Notes: generated by a model from the sequence alone, not told the origin. Counted from the stretch's first letter, positions 1-7,977 are shown. The stretch: DNA of 13,375 bases from a virus (IMGVR_UViG_2563366977_000006); one strand, 5' to 3'. Numbers and translations are program-made.

Positions 1-1215
1 GTGAAACTCAATGCCCGTCAAATAGACACTGCCAAGCCAAAAGAGAAGGCTTACAAGCTGGCTGATGGTGGTGGTCTGTATCTCTTGGTAAAACCTAGTG
101 GAGGAAAATATTGGCGCTTCAAGTATCGTGTAGCTGGTAAAGAGAAGCTGTTAGCACTAGGTGTGTATCCTGAAGTTACCTTGGCTGATGCTCGTGCAAA
201 ACGTGAAGAAGCTAAAAGGGGTATCGCTGGGGGTATCGATCCGATGGAAGCGAAACGAGAGGAAAAGATTGCCCGGGAAACGCAGTTAAACAACACCTTC
301 AAAGATATTGCCCTTGAGTGGCACTGCAGCAAATTAAAAAAATGGTCTGCTGGTTATGCTTCAGACATCCTCGAAGCCTTCAACAAAGATGTGTTCCCTT
401 ACATTGGCAAAAAACCAATCGCCGAAATCAAACCACTTGAACTGCTGAATGTGCTGCGGCGCATCGAGGGGCGCGGTGCTACCGAAAAAGCCAAAAAAGT
501 GAGGCAGCGATGCGGGGAAGTTTTCCGCTATGCAATTGTCACTGGACGTGCTGAGTATAACCCTGCACCGGATCTCACCAGCGCGATGCAAGGTCATGAA
601 TCTAATCATTATCCTTTCCTCACAGCCAAAGAATTACCTGATTTTTTCAAGGCATTGTCCAGTTACTCAGGAAGTGCATTGGTTGTAATGGCGGCTCGTC
701 TACTGATTATCACCGGTTTGCGGACTGGCGAACTGCGCGGTGCATTATGGGATGAAATCGATCTCAACAAGGCTATCTGGGAGATACCTGCTTCACGGAT
801 GAAAATGCGTCGCCCTCATGTGGTGCCTTTGTCTAAGCAGGCTCTTTCGCTTATTGGGCAGATTAAAGAATTAACTGGCAATTATCCGCTTATGTTTCCC
901 GGCCGTAATGATCCAAGGAAAACAATGAGCGAGGCTAGCATAAACCAAGTATTTAAACGCATCGGCTATAACGGAAAGGTTACTGGTCATGGATTCCGGC
1001 ACACCATGAGCACCATTTTGCATGAGCAGGGCTATAACACCGCGTGGATAGAGACACAGCTCGCACACGTCGATAAAAACTCAATTCGTGGCACATACAA
1101 CCATGCGCAATATCTGGATGGCAGACGCGAAATGCTCCAGTGGTATGCCGACTATATGGATTCGCTCGAGCATGGCGGAAATGTGGTGCATGGTGAGTTC
1201 GGAAAATGCGGGTGA
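1..1215 (+). CDS. int: P4-family tyrosine integrase (site-specific recombinase), 404 aa as drawn
   Basis: ORF 1..1215. N-terminus MKLNARQIDTAKPKEKAYKLADGGGLYLLVKPSGGKYWRFKY is the characteristic P4-type integrase N-terminal region. Catalytic signature present: TGLRTGELR, HGFRHT (H-x-x-R), RGTYNHAQY (Tyr). The ORF begins with GTG at base 1, so the true start may lie upstream of the window. Confidence 0.9.
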   Translation: MKLNARQIDTAKPKEKAYKLADGGGLYLLVKPSGGKYWRFKYRVAGKEKLLALGVYPEVTLADARAKREEAKRGIAGGIDPMEAKREEKIARETQLNNTFKDIALEWHCSKLKKWSAGYASDILEAFNKDVFPYIGKKPIAEIKPLELLNVLRRIEGRGATEKAKKVRQRCGEVFRYAIVTGRAEYNPAPDLTSAMQGHESNHYPFLTAKELPDFFKALSSYSGSALVVMAARLLIITGLRTGELRGALWDEIDLNKAIWEIPASRMKMRRPHVVPLSKQALSLIGQIKELTGNYPLMFPGRNDPRKTMSEASINQVFKRIGYNGKVTGHGFRHTMSTILHEQGYNTAWIETQLAHVDKNSIRGTYNHAQYLDGRREMLQWYADYMDSLEHGGNVVHGEFGKCG

Positions 1216-1343
1216 CTGGTTGAGTATACAGTAGTAGACTTTGAGCGATTAAGAAAAGGCTGTGTCTAGGGTCGCTCCTGAAAACTCGTACACCTCTGCG
1301 GGCTGGCACAGCCACTTTTACAGAGGGTGCGAGGTAGCACAGA

Positions 1344-2099
1344 GTGACTTACAATTCAAAAAGCTGTAGTTCTCTTGAAAAGGCATATTACACTCCAATT
1401 GAAGCGGCGCTACGTTGGTGTAATTTAATTGCTCATGAAGTTTTAATATTGGAGCGAGTGGGAGATGGAGTTTTACCTAGCGTTGGAATGTTCCCTCAAT
1501 GGCCTTGCTTGCGTGTTAATGCTGAGAAAATTTTAGATGCAATCCATAATTGTGAAATTCCTTATGGTCGTGATGGTAAAACTGTTCAACCTGGAGAACA
1601 GGTTGCTAAGCACCGTTTAACCGTCCGTCATTCCGATCTGAAATCATGGATGTCAAAAAACTATCCCAACCAAAAACCAGCTTTCCTTTTTGATGCTGTT
1701 GAGCAGCAGTTACATGCTGGAATTACAGTCGAGGCATATCAAACTCTTCAGGCTGAAAACAAACGTCTTAATATTCGCTTAGATAATGCTATGAAGACTT
1801 TCCAACAGCAGAAAAATGAAATTTCCGAATTACAAGGGGAACGTGATTCACTACGACGAATGGTTGATAACTCCGTGCAAAACATTGACCAACGTTCTGA
1901 AACAACATATTTAAACATTATTGGAGGGTTGCTTTTTCTAATGTTAGGGCGTTCACCTGCTGGTATTAAGCAATCTGTATTCGAAAATCAAAGCTCTATT
2001 ATTAGTAATTTATTGGGGCATTTTGAAGGTAAGCCGGGGATGAGTTCAAGAACGCTGGAAGCAAAGTTTGCTGAAGCTAATAAATCAATTAAATCGTAG
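1344..2099 (+). CDS. hypothetical protein (251 aa) with predicted coiled-coil segment; no family recognised
   Basis: Six-frame ORF with GTG start at 1344 and GAGGT 8 nt upstream; internal ATG alternatives exist. Visibly lower G+C than int. Heptad-like stretch EAYQTLQAENKRLNIRLDNAMKTFQQQKNEISELQGERDSLRRM. Sits between int and alpA on the same strand. Confidence 0.5.
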   Translation: MTYNSKSCSSLEKAYYTPIEAALRWCNLIAHEVLILERVGDGVLPSVGMFPQWPCLRVNAEKILDAIHNCEIPYGRDGKTVQPGEQVAKHRLTVRHSDLKSWMSKNYPNQKPAFLFDAVEQQLHAGITVEAYQTLQAENKRLNIRLDNAMKTFQQQKNEISELQGERDSLRRMVDNSVQNIDQRSETTYLNIIGGLLFLMLGRSPAGIKQSVFENQSSIISNLLGHFEGKPGMSSRTLEAKFAEANKSIKS

Positions 2100-2110
2100 T
2101 TGTATTCCTA

Positions 2111-2145
2111 TACCGCAATTGCGGTATCATTCTCCGCAATTGCGG
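2111..2145. promoter_or_regulatory. two copies of a palindrome (TACCGCAATTGCGGTA at 2111-2126; CCGCAATTGCGG at 2134-2145) upstream of alpA; candidate operator or attenuator
   Basis: Read directly from the sequence: perfect 16-bp and 12-bp palindromes sharing the core CCGCAATTGCGG, lying between the stop of the upstream ORF (2099) and the alpA start (2214). Confidence 0.35.
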
Positions 2146-2213
2146 TGATATCCAATGTCTTACCTGCTTCAATGTCTCCCGTAGGCATCAATAAACAACG
2201 GGAGACGATTATC

Positions 2214-2411
2214 ATGTCACAATCTTTAATTCGTATGCCAGAAACCATGCGCCGTACAGGGTATGGAAGGGCATGGATCTATAAACTAATTGCCCAAGGG
2301 CGTTTTCCTAAACCTGTAAAAATTGGCTCGCGAGCGATTGCTTTCGTTGAGAGTGAAATTGACGAGTGGATTAATCAGCGTATTGCGGAATCACGCGGAA
2401 CAGCTACCTGA
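2214..2411 (+). CDS. alpA: AlpA-family (prophage CP4-57 regulatory protein type) small HTH transcriptional regulator, 65 aa
   Basis: ATG at 2214 with GGAG 9 nt upstream. Protein MSQSLIRMPETMRRTGYGRAWIYKLIAQGRFPKPVKIGSRAIAFVESEIDEWINQR matches the AlpA pattern (LIRLPEV..TG.S...IY.LI..G.FPKP.K.G.RA..W.ESEI..WI). The ORF-track version (2100..2411) has an extended N-terminus I consider unlikely. Confidence 0.85.
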   Translation: MSQSLIRMPETMRRTGYGRAWIYKLIAQGRFPKPVKIGSRAIAFVESEIDEWINQRIAESRGTAT

Positions 2412-2423
2412 TTAAATGGCTAC

Positions 2424-2437
2424 GGGGCTATTGCCCC
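2424..2437 (+). other. GC-rich hairpin GGGGC-TATT-GCCCC just downstream of alpA stop; no U-tract
   Basis: Perfect 5-bp G/C stem with 4-nt loop, 13 nt after the alpA stop. It lacks a T-run, so it is a possible RNA structure or weak terminator rather than a canonical intrinsic terminator. Confidence 0.3.
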
Positions 2438-2488
2438 CAGCTATCCACCAGCAAATAAAAGTAACTTAATTCGATAGCAGGAGTTTTT

Positions 2489-3337
2489 ATGAAATTTCCA
2501 AAAACGCCCGTACAGGGGCAGGGCTTCGTTCGGCCTGAAAACCAGAATCTGCAAAATTTTGGCGAAATTATCCCGGTTATTTCCGGCGTTATTGGCGGGC
2601 GTGAAACCAATATTGTTAGCGCCAGAGCGTTGCATAAGGCGCTCGGGGTAGGCCGTGATTTCACTACCTGGATTAAAGGACGTATTGATGAGTACGGATT
2701 TAAAAATGGCGTGGATTTTGAAATTGTAGAAAATTTGTACTTTGATTCCCCGAAACGGGGGAACCAAAGTGTAAATATTGAACAGTTTGATTCTGATTGG
2801 ACAACAAAGCGCGGCGGTGATCGCCGCAGTGAAGACTATTTGATCTCCACGAACATGGCGAAAGAACTGGCGATGGTCGAACGCACCGAACAAGGCCGCG
2901 CCGTTCGCCAGTATTTCATCAAATGCGAGGAGGAGCTACACAAGGTGGCGCCAGTGCGTTCCGCAGCGTTACGCCGGGAACTGAAAGCCCGTATCACCGT
3001 TGCCAGCTACTTTAAGCCGATGTGCGCTGCGCTGGAGGCGTACCGGGCTGAACTGGGTAAAAACACGTTCCAGCACCACTACACCACGGAAGCCAATATG
3101 CTGGCGCGTATCGTGCTGGGTGGCATGACTGCAAAACAGTGGGCACTGGCGAACGGCATCACAGGCGAACCACGCGACCACATGAGCGTGTTGCAGCTTG
3201 AGCACCTTTCTTACCTTGAGCAGAGCAATATCACGCTGATTGAGTTAGGCCAGGACTACCACCAGCGAAAAGCTGAATTAATTCGTCTTTCGCAGCGTTG
3301 GTTAGCCCGTCGCATGGAGGAAAACAGCCATGTGTAA
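2489..3337 (+). CDS. phage antirepressor-like protein (AntA/AntB-type N-terminal domain), 282 aa
   Basis: ATG at 2489 with AGGAG 5 nt upstream. N-terminal motif SARALHKALGVGRDFTTWIKGRIDEYGF resembles the antirepressor-type pattern (..R.LH..L.V...F..W...RI..Y.F). C-terminal half is helical and of unknown family. Assignment is by memory of the motif, not a search. Confidence 0.6.
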   Translation: MKFPKTPVQGQGFVRPENQNLQNFGEIIPVISGVIGGRETNIVSARALHKALGVGRDFTTWIKGRIDEYGFKNGVDFEIVENLYFDSPKRGNQSVNIEQFDSDWTTKRGGDRRSEDYLISTNMAKELAMVERTEQGRAVRQYFIKCEEELHKVAPVRSAALRRELKARITVASYFKPMCAALEAYRAELGKNTFQHHYTTEANMLARIVLGGMTAKQWALANGITGEPRDHMSVLQLEHLSYLEQSNITLIELGQDYHQRKAELIRLSQRWLARRMEENSHV

Positions 3338-4009
3338 CGCTCTGACCGTTACAAAAAGAGAAAGCGCCCCGTTGCCGGAGCGCCTTTGTGAACGAATAGC
3401 CTACTGCGCCATATTGCTTACTGTCTACGAGGCAGATTATAGCGTTGTGGTTGCACAGAGTGAAGGCGTTGATCACCGTTACCACAGCACACCAGAAATG
3501 CAGAATATTTTGCTGCAAAATGTCGTTGGTCACGCTGTCCGGAAAGCAAAAAATTTTGCTGGTGGCGCGACTGATGCGATTTTGTCAGGTCGCCAGGTGC
3601 TGATCAATCTGATGTCTGATTTCGTTCTGGATAAAACAAAGGCGACCGCAGAGGGCCACCAGTGGGAAAGCTACACACTTGAACACATCGCCAACAATGC
3701 CAGATTTGCGGTTGGTGGGCAATGTGATCAGTGTGCTGGCTTGCTGGTGGGCTATTCCTGCTCTTTAACATTGCCATGCCGCGATGTTTTCCAGGTATGC
3801 GACCCCATTTTTGTGCGCCTGTACTCTTTAAGGAATTTCTCAAGGATAAACGCACAGGGCGCGAATCTGTCTGACCCATGCTCGTACGCTATCTTTCTGC
3901 GCTGTCTTTTCCGTGCCGGTGATGGTGTATTGGTTGATTCTTTGTTGGTCATGGCGCTGCCCTGTAAAACGATGCACCGTAGTTCCTTACACCACGGCGC
4001 TGGTGATGG
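3330..4009 (+). CDS. possible translationally coupled gene with unresolved 3' end (possible decayed gene); frame stays open to 4886
   Basis: ATG at 3330 overlaps the upstream stop (cATGTGTAA) and has GGAGG 9 nt upstream, which argues for a real start. The first ~130 codons look protein-like, but later the translation becomes Cys/Ser/Arg-rich and the frame has no stop until 4886, running antisense through the repressor gene and its operators. The end coordinate is arbitrary. Confidence 0.25.
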
Positions 4010-4312
4010 TTACTCCTGTTCTTTGGCCTTGCGGCGCTGGAGTTCTTCACGTGCGACGGTGACGAGCTGCCCGATCTCCTCGACAGCTTTGACTCCGATT
4101 TTTTCCACCTGCGCCAGTGCATTGAGCGAAGAAACCAGGGGATTTTCTCCGCTTCCTTCTGCCTGGCGGCGGGCGATCTCACCACGCATGGCGGTTACTA
4201 TGAATCCGGCGTTGCTTTCGCCGTCCAGTTTTACGGATTCCATACCCTCCATAACATCGTGGGGAACCCTGATCGTTGTCATTTGCGATTTTGCATTTTT
4301 GTATACAGACAT
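4010..4312 (-). CDS. ribbon-helix-helix (Arc/CopG-like) DNA-binding regulator, 100 aa; candidate immunity/maintenance repressor
   Basis: Minus-strand ORF; start ATG at 4312 with GGTGA about 6 nt upstream. N-terminus TTIRVPHDVMEGMESVKLDGESNAGFIVTAMRGEIARRQ fits a beta-strand plus two-helix RHH pattern, followed by a helical/coiled C-terminus. It is divergent from the rightward operon. Confidence 0.7.
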   Translation of the reverse strand: MSVYKNAKSQMTTIRVPHDVMEGMESVKLDGESNAGFIVTAMRGEIARRQAEGSGENPLVSSLNALAQVEKIGVKAVEEIGQLVTVAREELQRRKAKEQE

Positions 4313-4332
4313 AGTTAATCACCAATTAGTTA

Positions 4333-4433
4333 TGTGTATATCACTATACACAAAAGTGAGATATAAAAACACTTGCAATGTATATCACCACAATATAATG
4401 TATATCTCACATTGTGATGGCTATGTATCTCAC
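4333..4433. promoter_or_regulatory. operator-like repeats in the divergent control region (4 copies of ATGTAT(A)TC(T)CAC plus palindromes)
   Basis: Read directly: TGTGTATAtcacTATACACA palindrome 4333-4352; ATGTATATCAC 4378-4388; ATGTATATCTCAC 4398-4410; TCACAtTGTGA palindrome 4406-4416; ATGTATCTCAC 4423-4433. All lie between the RHH gene start (4312) and the first rightward gene (4521). Confidence 0.55.
4373..4399 (+). promoter_or_regulatory. candidate sigma70 promoter for the rightward operon (-35 TTGCAA 4373-4378, 15-nt spacer, -10 TATAAT 4394-4399)
   Basis: Hexamers read by eye. The operator-like repeats overlap the spacer and the -10 element, as expected for a repressible promoter. The spacer is on the short side and there is no experimental support. 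Confidence 0.4.
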
Positions 4434-4520
4434 AATGATCGATTCATAAAAACGACGAAACCCGGCAGTGCGCTAACACTAACCGGGCTTCTAACCAAAC
4501 CGTTAAATGAGGTAACGATT

Positions 4521-4886
4521 ATGGCTGGGGCACAGCATACCCAAACTCACCCTAAATTTATATACACCTTCCTGGCGGTGCACCGTAATTGCATAGCTGA
4601 CGGTAAAAACACTGTTCATGTAGCCGCCGATACGCTGGTTGATGCCTGCGAGATGCTCAATGACATGGGCTATATCTCGGCAACATGGAAAGGGCGCGAA
4701 GAAAACACGCTGTTTATTCAGAAATGCGAAAACAATTTTATCTGGCGTTTTATCGCCCTGAGCACAGCACAACCGCGTGTAATTCACATCGAGGCCACCA
4801 GCGAACAGGAAGCACGCCAGCAATCTCCTGATGGCTGCGTGATGGTATTCGCCGCCCGTATTCGCCAGGAGGTGGAACATGTGTAA
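4521..4886 (+). CDS. hypothetical protein, 121 aa (first gene of rightward operon)
   Basis: ATG at 4521 with TGAGGT ending 8 nt upstream; in-frame part of the long ORF-track ORF 3330..4886. Stop overlaps the next start (ATGTGTAA). Confidence 0.65.
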   Translation: MAGAQHTQTHPKFIYTFLAVHRNCIADGKNTVHVAADTLVDACEMLNDMGYISATWKGREENTLFIQKCENNFIWRFIALSTAQPRVIHIEATSEQEARQQSPDGCVMVFAARIRQEVEHV

Positions 4887-5103
4887 TGCAACATGGCCTG
4901 ATGCAGCGGTAGACGCTATCAAAACGCTGGTGGATTCACTTATTGAGATTTCTGCTATCTCTGGTGTGGCGCATAAACACGCAGCCAGAGAATCAGAATG
5001 CATCTTCCATTATTTAGCATTTGTGCAGCTAAAAGCCGATCAGGCACTGGATAAGGCCGGAAAAATTATCATGGCTGATGTGCAGGAGGTGCACCATGCA
5101 TAA
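4879..5103 (+). CDS. hypothetical small acidic protein, 74 aa
   Basis: ATG 4879 with AGGAGG 7 nt upstream; start overlaps the upstream stop. C-terminus ...DVQEVHHA and the junction CCATGCATAA to the next gene are repeated at 5675-5687. Confidence 0.6.
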   Translation: MCNATWPDAAVDAIKTLVDSLIEISAISGVAHKHAARESECIFHYLAFVQLKADQALDKAGKIIMADVQEVHHA

Positions 5104-5461
5104 CCTGTCAATTTCTGACCTTAACAGCATTCAGTTTGACGAGAAATTTACCGGGCAGCTACTGGTCAATGTGGAGAATGGACGCGTGGTAAGTAATTAT
5201 CACCTGCCGGATGGTGCAATTGCCGGAAGCGTTGAAGCATTGCTGGAGCTGGCAGAACGTGCGCGACTGATTAAGCCGTTAACGTGCCATCACGATGATA
5301 ATCTGCATTTTACCGGACGCATGGTGAGTCACTACGAAAACGGCGTTGAAGTATCCTGCGAACGTCTGCGTGATGATTGCTGTTTCGGCACATTGCCGGA
5401 ATTTATCGAATTGCTGACCAGTTGCGGTTATCAGGTCATTCAGGGGGGTAAACATGCGTGA
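5096..5461 (+). CDS. hypothetical protein, 121 aa, containing two tandem copies of an FTG-x-LV...G-x-V-S motif domain
   Basis: ATG 5096 (MHNLSIS) with AGGAGG 7 nt upstream; overlaps the upstream stop. Internal repeat: KFTGQLLVNVENGRVVSNY and HFTGRMVSHYENGVEVSCE ... PEFIELL. Confidence 0.65.
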   Translation: MHNLSISDLNSIQFDEKFTGQLLVNVENGRVVSNYHLPDGAIAGSVEALLELAERARLIKPLTCHHDDNLHFTGRMVSHYENGVEVSCERLRDDCCFGTLPEFIELLTSCGYQVIQGGKHA

Positions 5462-5687
5462 TGATCGTTTTAATTCCCTGAAACAGGAGTTTGATGGCGC
5501 ACCGGAAGATACATCGGGCGCATTGTTGAACGTTGCTGACATGATGAAAGCTGCATATTTTCTTATCAATACCAATGGCTACAAGTCAGAGGGTGAAATG
5601 ATTCTTAGTATTGCGTCGGACTATGCGGAATATGTGGCAGAGGTGCGTTACAGAAGAAAATTCACGGAGGATGTAAGCCATGCATAA
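5454..5687 (+). CDS. hypothetical small acidic protein, 77 aa
   Basis: ATG 5454 with GGGGGG 6 nt upstream; start overlaps the upstream stop (ATGCGTGA). Ends ...EDVSHA, paralleling the end of the 4879 gene. Confidence 0.6.
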   Translation: MRDDRFNSLKQEFDGAPEDTSGALLNVADMMKAAYFLINTNGYKSEGEMILSIASDYAEYVAEVRYRRKFTEDVSHA

Positions 5688-5880
5688 TCATGAAGCGCAT
5701 GTACCCGTAGTGCTTAATGTGCCAGATGATTTCACCGGACGCGTACTGGTTTACCTGGATAAAGGGAAAGTGAAATCACAACGCCGACTGAAAAGTAATG
5801 AAATTGTGGGTTCTCCTGAGTTTTTTTCTGAACTCTGTATTCGTGCAGAAATAAAACCGGAACTGCTGACAGGAAAATAA
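5680..5880 (+). CDS. hypothetical protein, 66 aa, single copy of the FTG-motif domain (paralog of 5096..5461)
   Basis: ATG 5680 (MHNHEAH) with GGAGG 9 nt upstream; 8-nt overlap ATGCATAA with the upstream gene. DFTGRVLVYLDKGKVKSQRRL ... GSPEFFSELCIRAEIKP aligns with both repeats of the 5096 protein. Confidence 0.6.
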   Translation: MHNHEAHVPVVLNVPDDFTGRVLVYLDKGKVKSQRRLKSNEIVGSPEFFSELCIRAEIKPELLTGK

Positions 5881-5884
5881 AACC

Positions 5885-6175
5885 ATGAAAAAGAAAAATT
5901 CTGGCTTTACTGCCAGCGGTCTCTCTCGGCCTGAAATCAGACACGGAGATATTTACCGCGACACCATACGTGGGGGACGAGCGGTTATTTGTCACGTTAC
6001 GCCAGGAAATATCACCTACCGCCGTGAGGCTTATGAATATGACTGCATAATGCCGCGCCGTCAGTTTGAGCGTGATTTTATTCTGGTGGAGAACAAACAA
6101 CAGGAAGCGACGAGACGTGCAGCCATGAATATTAAAAAAATCCGGGCAATGTTGGTTGCGGGAGGTAAGAAGTGA
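5885..6175 (+). CDS. hypothetical basic protein, 96 aa
   Basis: ATG 5885 with AGGA about 10 nt upstream. Its stop overlaps the GTG start of the primase gene (GTGA). Confidence 0.55.
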   Translation: MKKKNSGFTASGLSRPEIRHGDIYRDTIRGGRAVICHVTPGNITYRREAYEYDCIMPRRQFERDFILVENKQQEATRRAAMNIKKIRAMLVAGGKK

Positions 6176-7977
6176 AAAACGCACCGAGTCTAAAATATCA
6201 GCCGAAGGATAAATTCACTGAGGTAATCATTTTTGCCGGGACGGATGCTTACGCCCATGCTCAACACTGGATTGAAAGTGAAGGACGAAAACACGGCGAT
6301 AACGTGCCTCCTGTTTACCTGGGGCCAAAGCAACTGGCAGACCTGGCGAATATCCGCATTATTGATGAGAAACGCCGTTTTGCGCGTGTCTATATCGCGG
6401 GGGAGATAGAGCCAATCCAGATCAATACTATCGCTGAAAAGCTGGCGCTGGCTGGCGTACAGGAGGCGAAATTATACAAAGGTATCACCGACCAGGAACC
6501 GGAGAACTGGCGCGACTACCTGCAACGGATCCGCGAACAGGCTGAGCACGGGGAAGTTTCAGTGATGAAATTAGCTACAAAAAATAGTGGTCTACCCAAG
6601 CCTGCATTAAATCAGATGGGAGCCAGCCAGAGAGGAGAAGTGTTACTTGAACATTATGGAGGAGCACTGGCGATAAATGATGATTCTGATGTAGTTCACC
6701 ATTACAACGGAATTGTTTGGGAGCCTGTATCTGATAAGGAACTCCAGCGGTCTATGGCGAAGATTTTTATTGATGCCGAAATTAGTTATTCGCAAAACGC
6801 CATTAAATTTGCCGTAGAGACAATGAAATTGAGTCTACCTGTTATGGGGGGAGCGGACAGAAATCTTATTGGGTTCAGTAACGGTGTTTTTGATATCAGG
6901 ACAGGAAATTTTCGGGAACACAACAAAAATGACTGGTTGTTAAATGCCAGTGAATTACCGTTCAGCCCGCCAGAAGAGGGGGAAACGCTGGCAACACATG
7001 CGCCGAATTTCTGGAAGTGGTTGCGTCGTTCGGTGGCGGATAATGCTCGTAAAGCGGATCGCGTACTGGCGGCATTATTCATGGTACTGGCGAACCGGTA
7101 CGACTGGCAGTTATTCCTTGAGGTAACGGGGCCGGGCGGAAGCGGTAAAAGTGTGATGGCGGAGATTTGTACCATGCTGGCGGGTAAGGCCAATACAGTA
7201 TCGGCGAGCATGAAGGCGCTGGAAGACGCGAGGGAACGAGCGTTAGTGGTGGGATATTCTCTGATTATCATGCCTGACATGACCCGCTACGCAGGTGATG
7301 GTGCTGGGATTAAGGCCATTACAGGCGGTGACAAGGTGGCTATCGATCCGAAACACAAAGCGCCCTATTCCACGCGCGTTCCTGCGGTAGTGCTGGCAGT
7401 AAACAATAATGCCATGTCATTCAGCGACCGTAGTGGGGGGATCTCGCGTCGACGAGTGATATTTAATTTCTCTGAGGTTGTACCAGAGAACGAACGCGAT
7501 CCGATGCTGGCGAAAAAGATAGAAGGGGAACTGGCCGTAGTGATTCGCCATTTGCTTACACGATTTGCCGACCAGGACGAAGCGAAAAGACTACTTTATG
7601 AGCAGCAAAAATCAGAAGAAGCACTGTTAATAAAGCGTGAAGGTGATTCGCTGGTGGACTTCTGCGGTTATCTGATGTCGTTGGTTAAATGTGAGGGGAT
7701 GATAGTAGGTAATGCAGAAATAGTGCCATTTAGCCCGAGGCGATATCTGTATCATGCTTATTTGGCTTATATGTCTGCGCATGGTCTGGGAAAACCGGTA
7801 TCACTGACACGCTTTGGTACAGATATGCCAGGGGCAATGGCTGAGTACGGAAAGGAGTACAAGCGGGCTAAATGCACTAAAGGTCCAGATAAAGGGCGAA
7901 CGATCACAAATGTTCTGTTAGATAAAGATGCTGATGGATGGTTACCAGCAGCGGCAGGCATTAACGACAGAACATGA
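6172..7977 (+). CDS. P4 alpha-like / PICI pri-rep-like replication protein (primase C-terminal region plus SF3-type P-loop helicase), 601 aa
   Basis: GTG 6172 with GGAGG 6 nt upstream. Walker A motif VTGPGGSGKSV, followed by a hydrophobic-acidic stretch LVVGYSLIIMPDM (Walker B-like). Size and position immediately upstream of an iteron origin match satellite/phage-plasmid primase-helicases. Family call is by motif and context only. Confidence 0.8.
   Translation: MKNAPSLKYQPKDKFTEVIIFAGTDAYAHAQHWIESEGRKHGDNVPPVYLGPKQLADLANIRIIDEKRRFARVYIAGEIEPIQINTIAEKLALAGVQEAKLYKGITDQEPENWRDYLQRIREQAEHGEVSVMKLATKNSGLPKPALNQMGASQRGEVLLEHYGGALAINDDSDVVHHYNGIVWEPVSDKELQRSMAKIFIDAEISYSQNAIKFAVETMKLSLPVMGGADRNLIGFSNGVFDIRTGNFREHNKNDWLLNASELPFSPPEEGETLATHAPNFWKWLRRSVADNARKADRVLAALFMVLANRYDWQLFLEVTGPGGSGKSVMAEICTMLAGKANTVSASMKALEDARERALVVGYSLIIMPDMTRYAGDGAGIKAITGGDKVAIDPKHKAPYSTRVPAVVLAVNNNAMSFSDRSGGISRRRVIFNFSEVVPENERDPMLAKKIEGELAVVIRHLLTRFADQDEAKRLLYEQQKSEEALLIKREGDSLVDFCGYLMSLVKCEGMIVGNAEIVPFSPRRYLYHAYLAYMSAHGLGKPVSLTRFGTDMPGAMAEYGKEYKRAKCTKGPDKGRTITNVLLDKDADGWLPAAAGINDRT

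Noticed and set aside
51-1315. Minus-strand ORFs 51..332, 361..609, 871..1068 and 980..1315
   Set aside because: They lie entirely antisense within the integrase gene and have Arg/Ser/Cys-rich shadow-ORF composition.
2428-3533. Minus-strand ORFs 2428..2664, 2441..2893, 2969..3205 and 3231..3533
   Set aside because: They are antisense to the antirepressor-like gene and the start of the 3330 ORF, with atypical composition and no ribosome-binding sites I could see.
3604-4185. Minus-strand ORFs 3604..3879, 3752..3952 and 3949..4185
   Set aside because: 3949..4185 overlaps the RHH gene in another frame. 3604..3879 has implausible composition. 3752..3952 (basic, 66 aa) is conceivable as a small gene downstream of the repressor but has only a weak SD and no recognisable motif, so it is not called.
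3330-4886. ORF-track 518-aa protein taken as one real gene
   Set aside because: Its 3' third is the independently well-supported 4521..4886 gene with its own SD. Its middle runs antisense through the RHH gene and the AT-rich operator region with Cys/Ser/Arg-rich low-complexity translation. Only the 5' part looks like a genuine, possibly decayed, gene.
4503-7961. Minus-strand ORFs antisense to the operon and primase (4503..5003, 5279..5575, 5732..6184, 6786..7280, 7767..7961) and plus-strand 6944..7126
   Set aside because: All are embedded within better-supported plus-strand genes that have strong SD sequences and coupled junctions.
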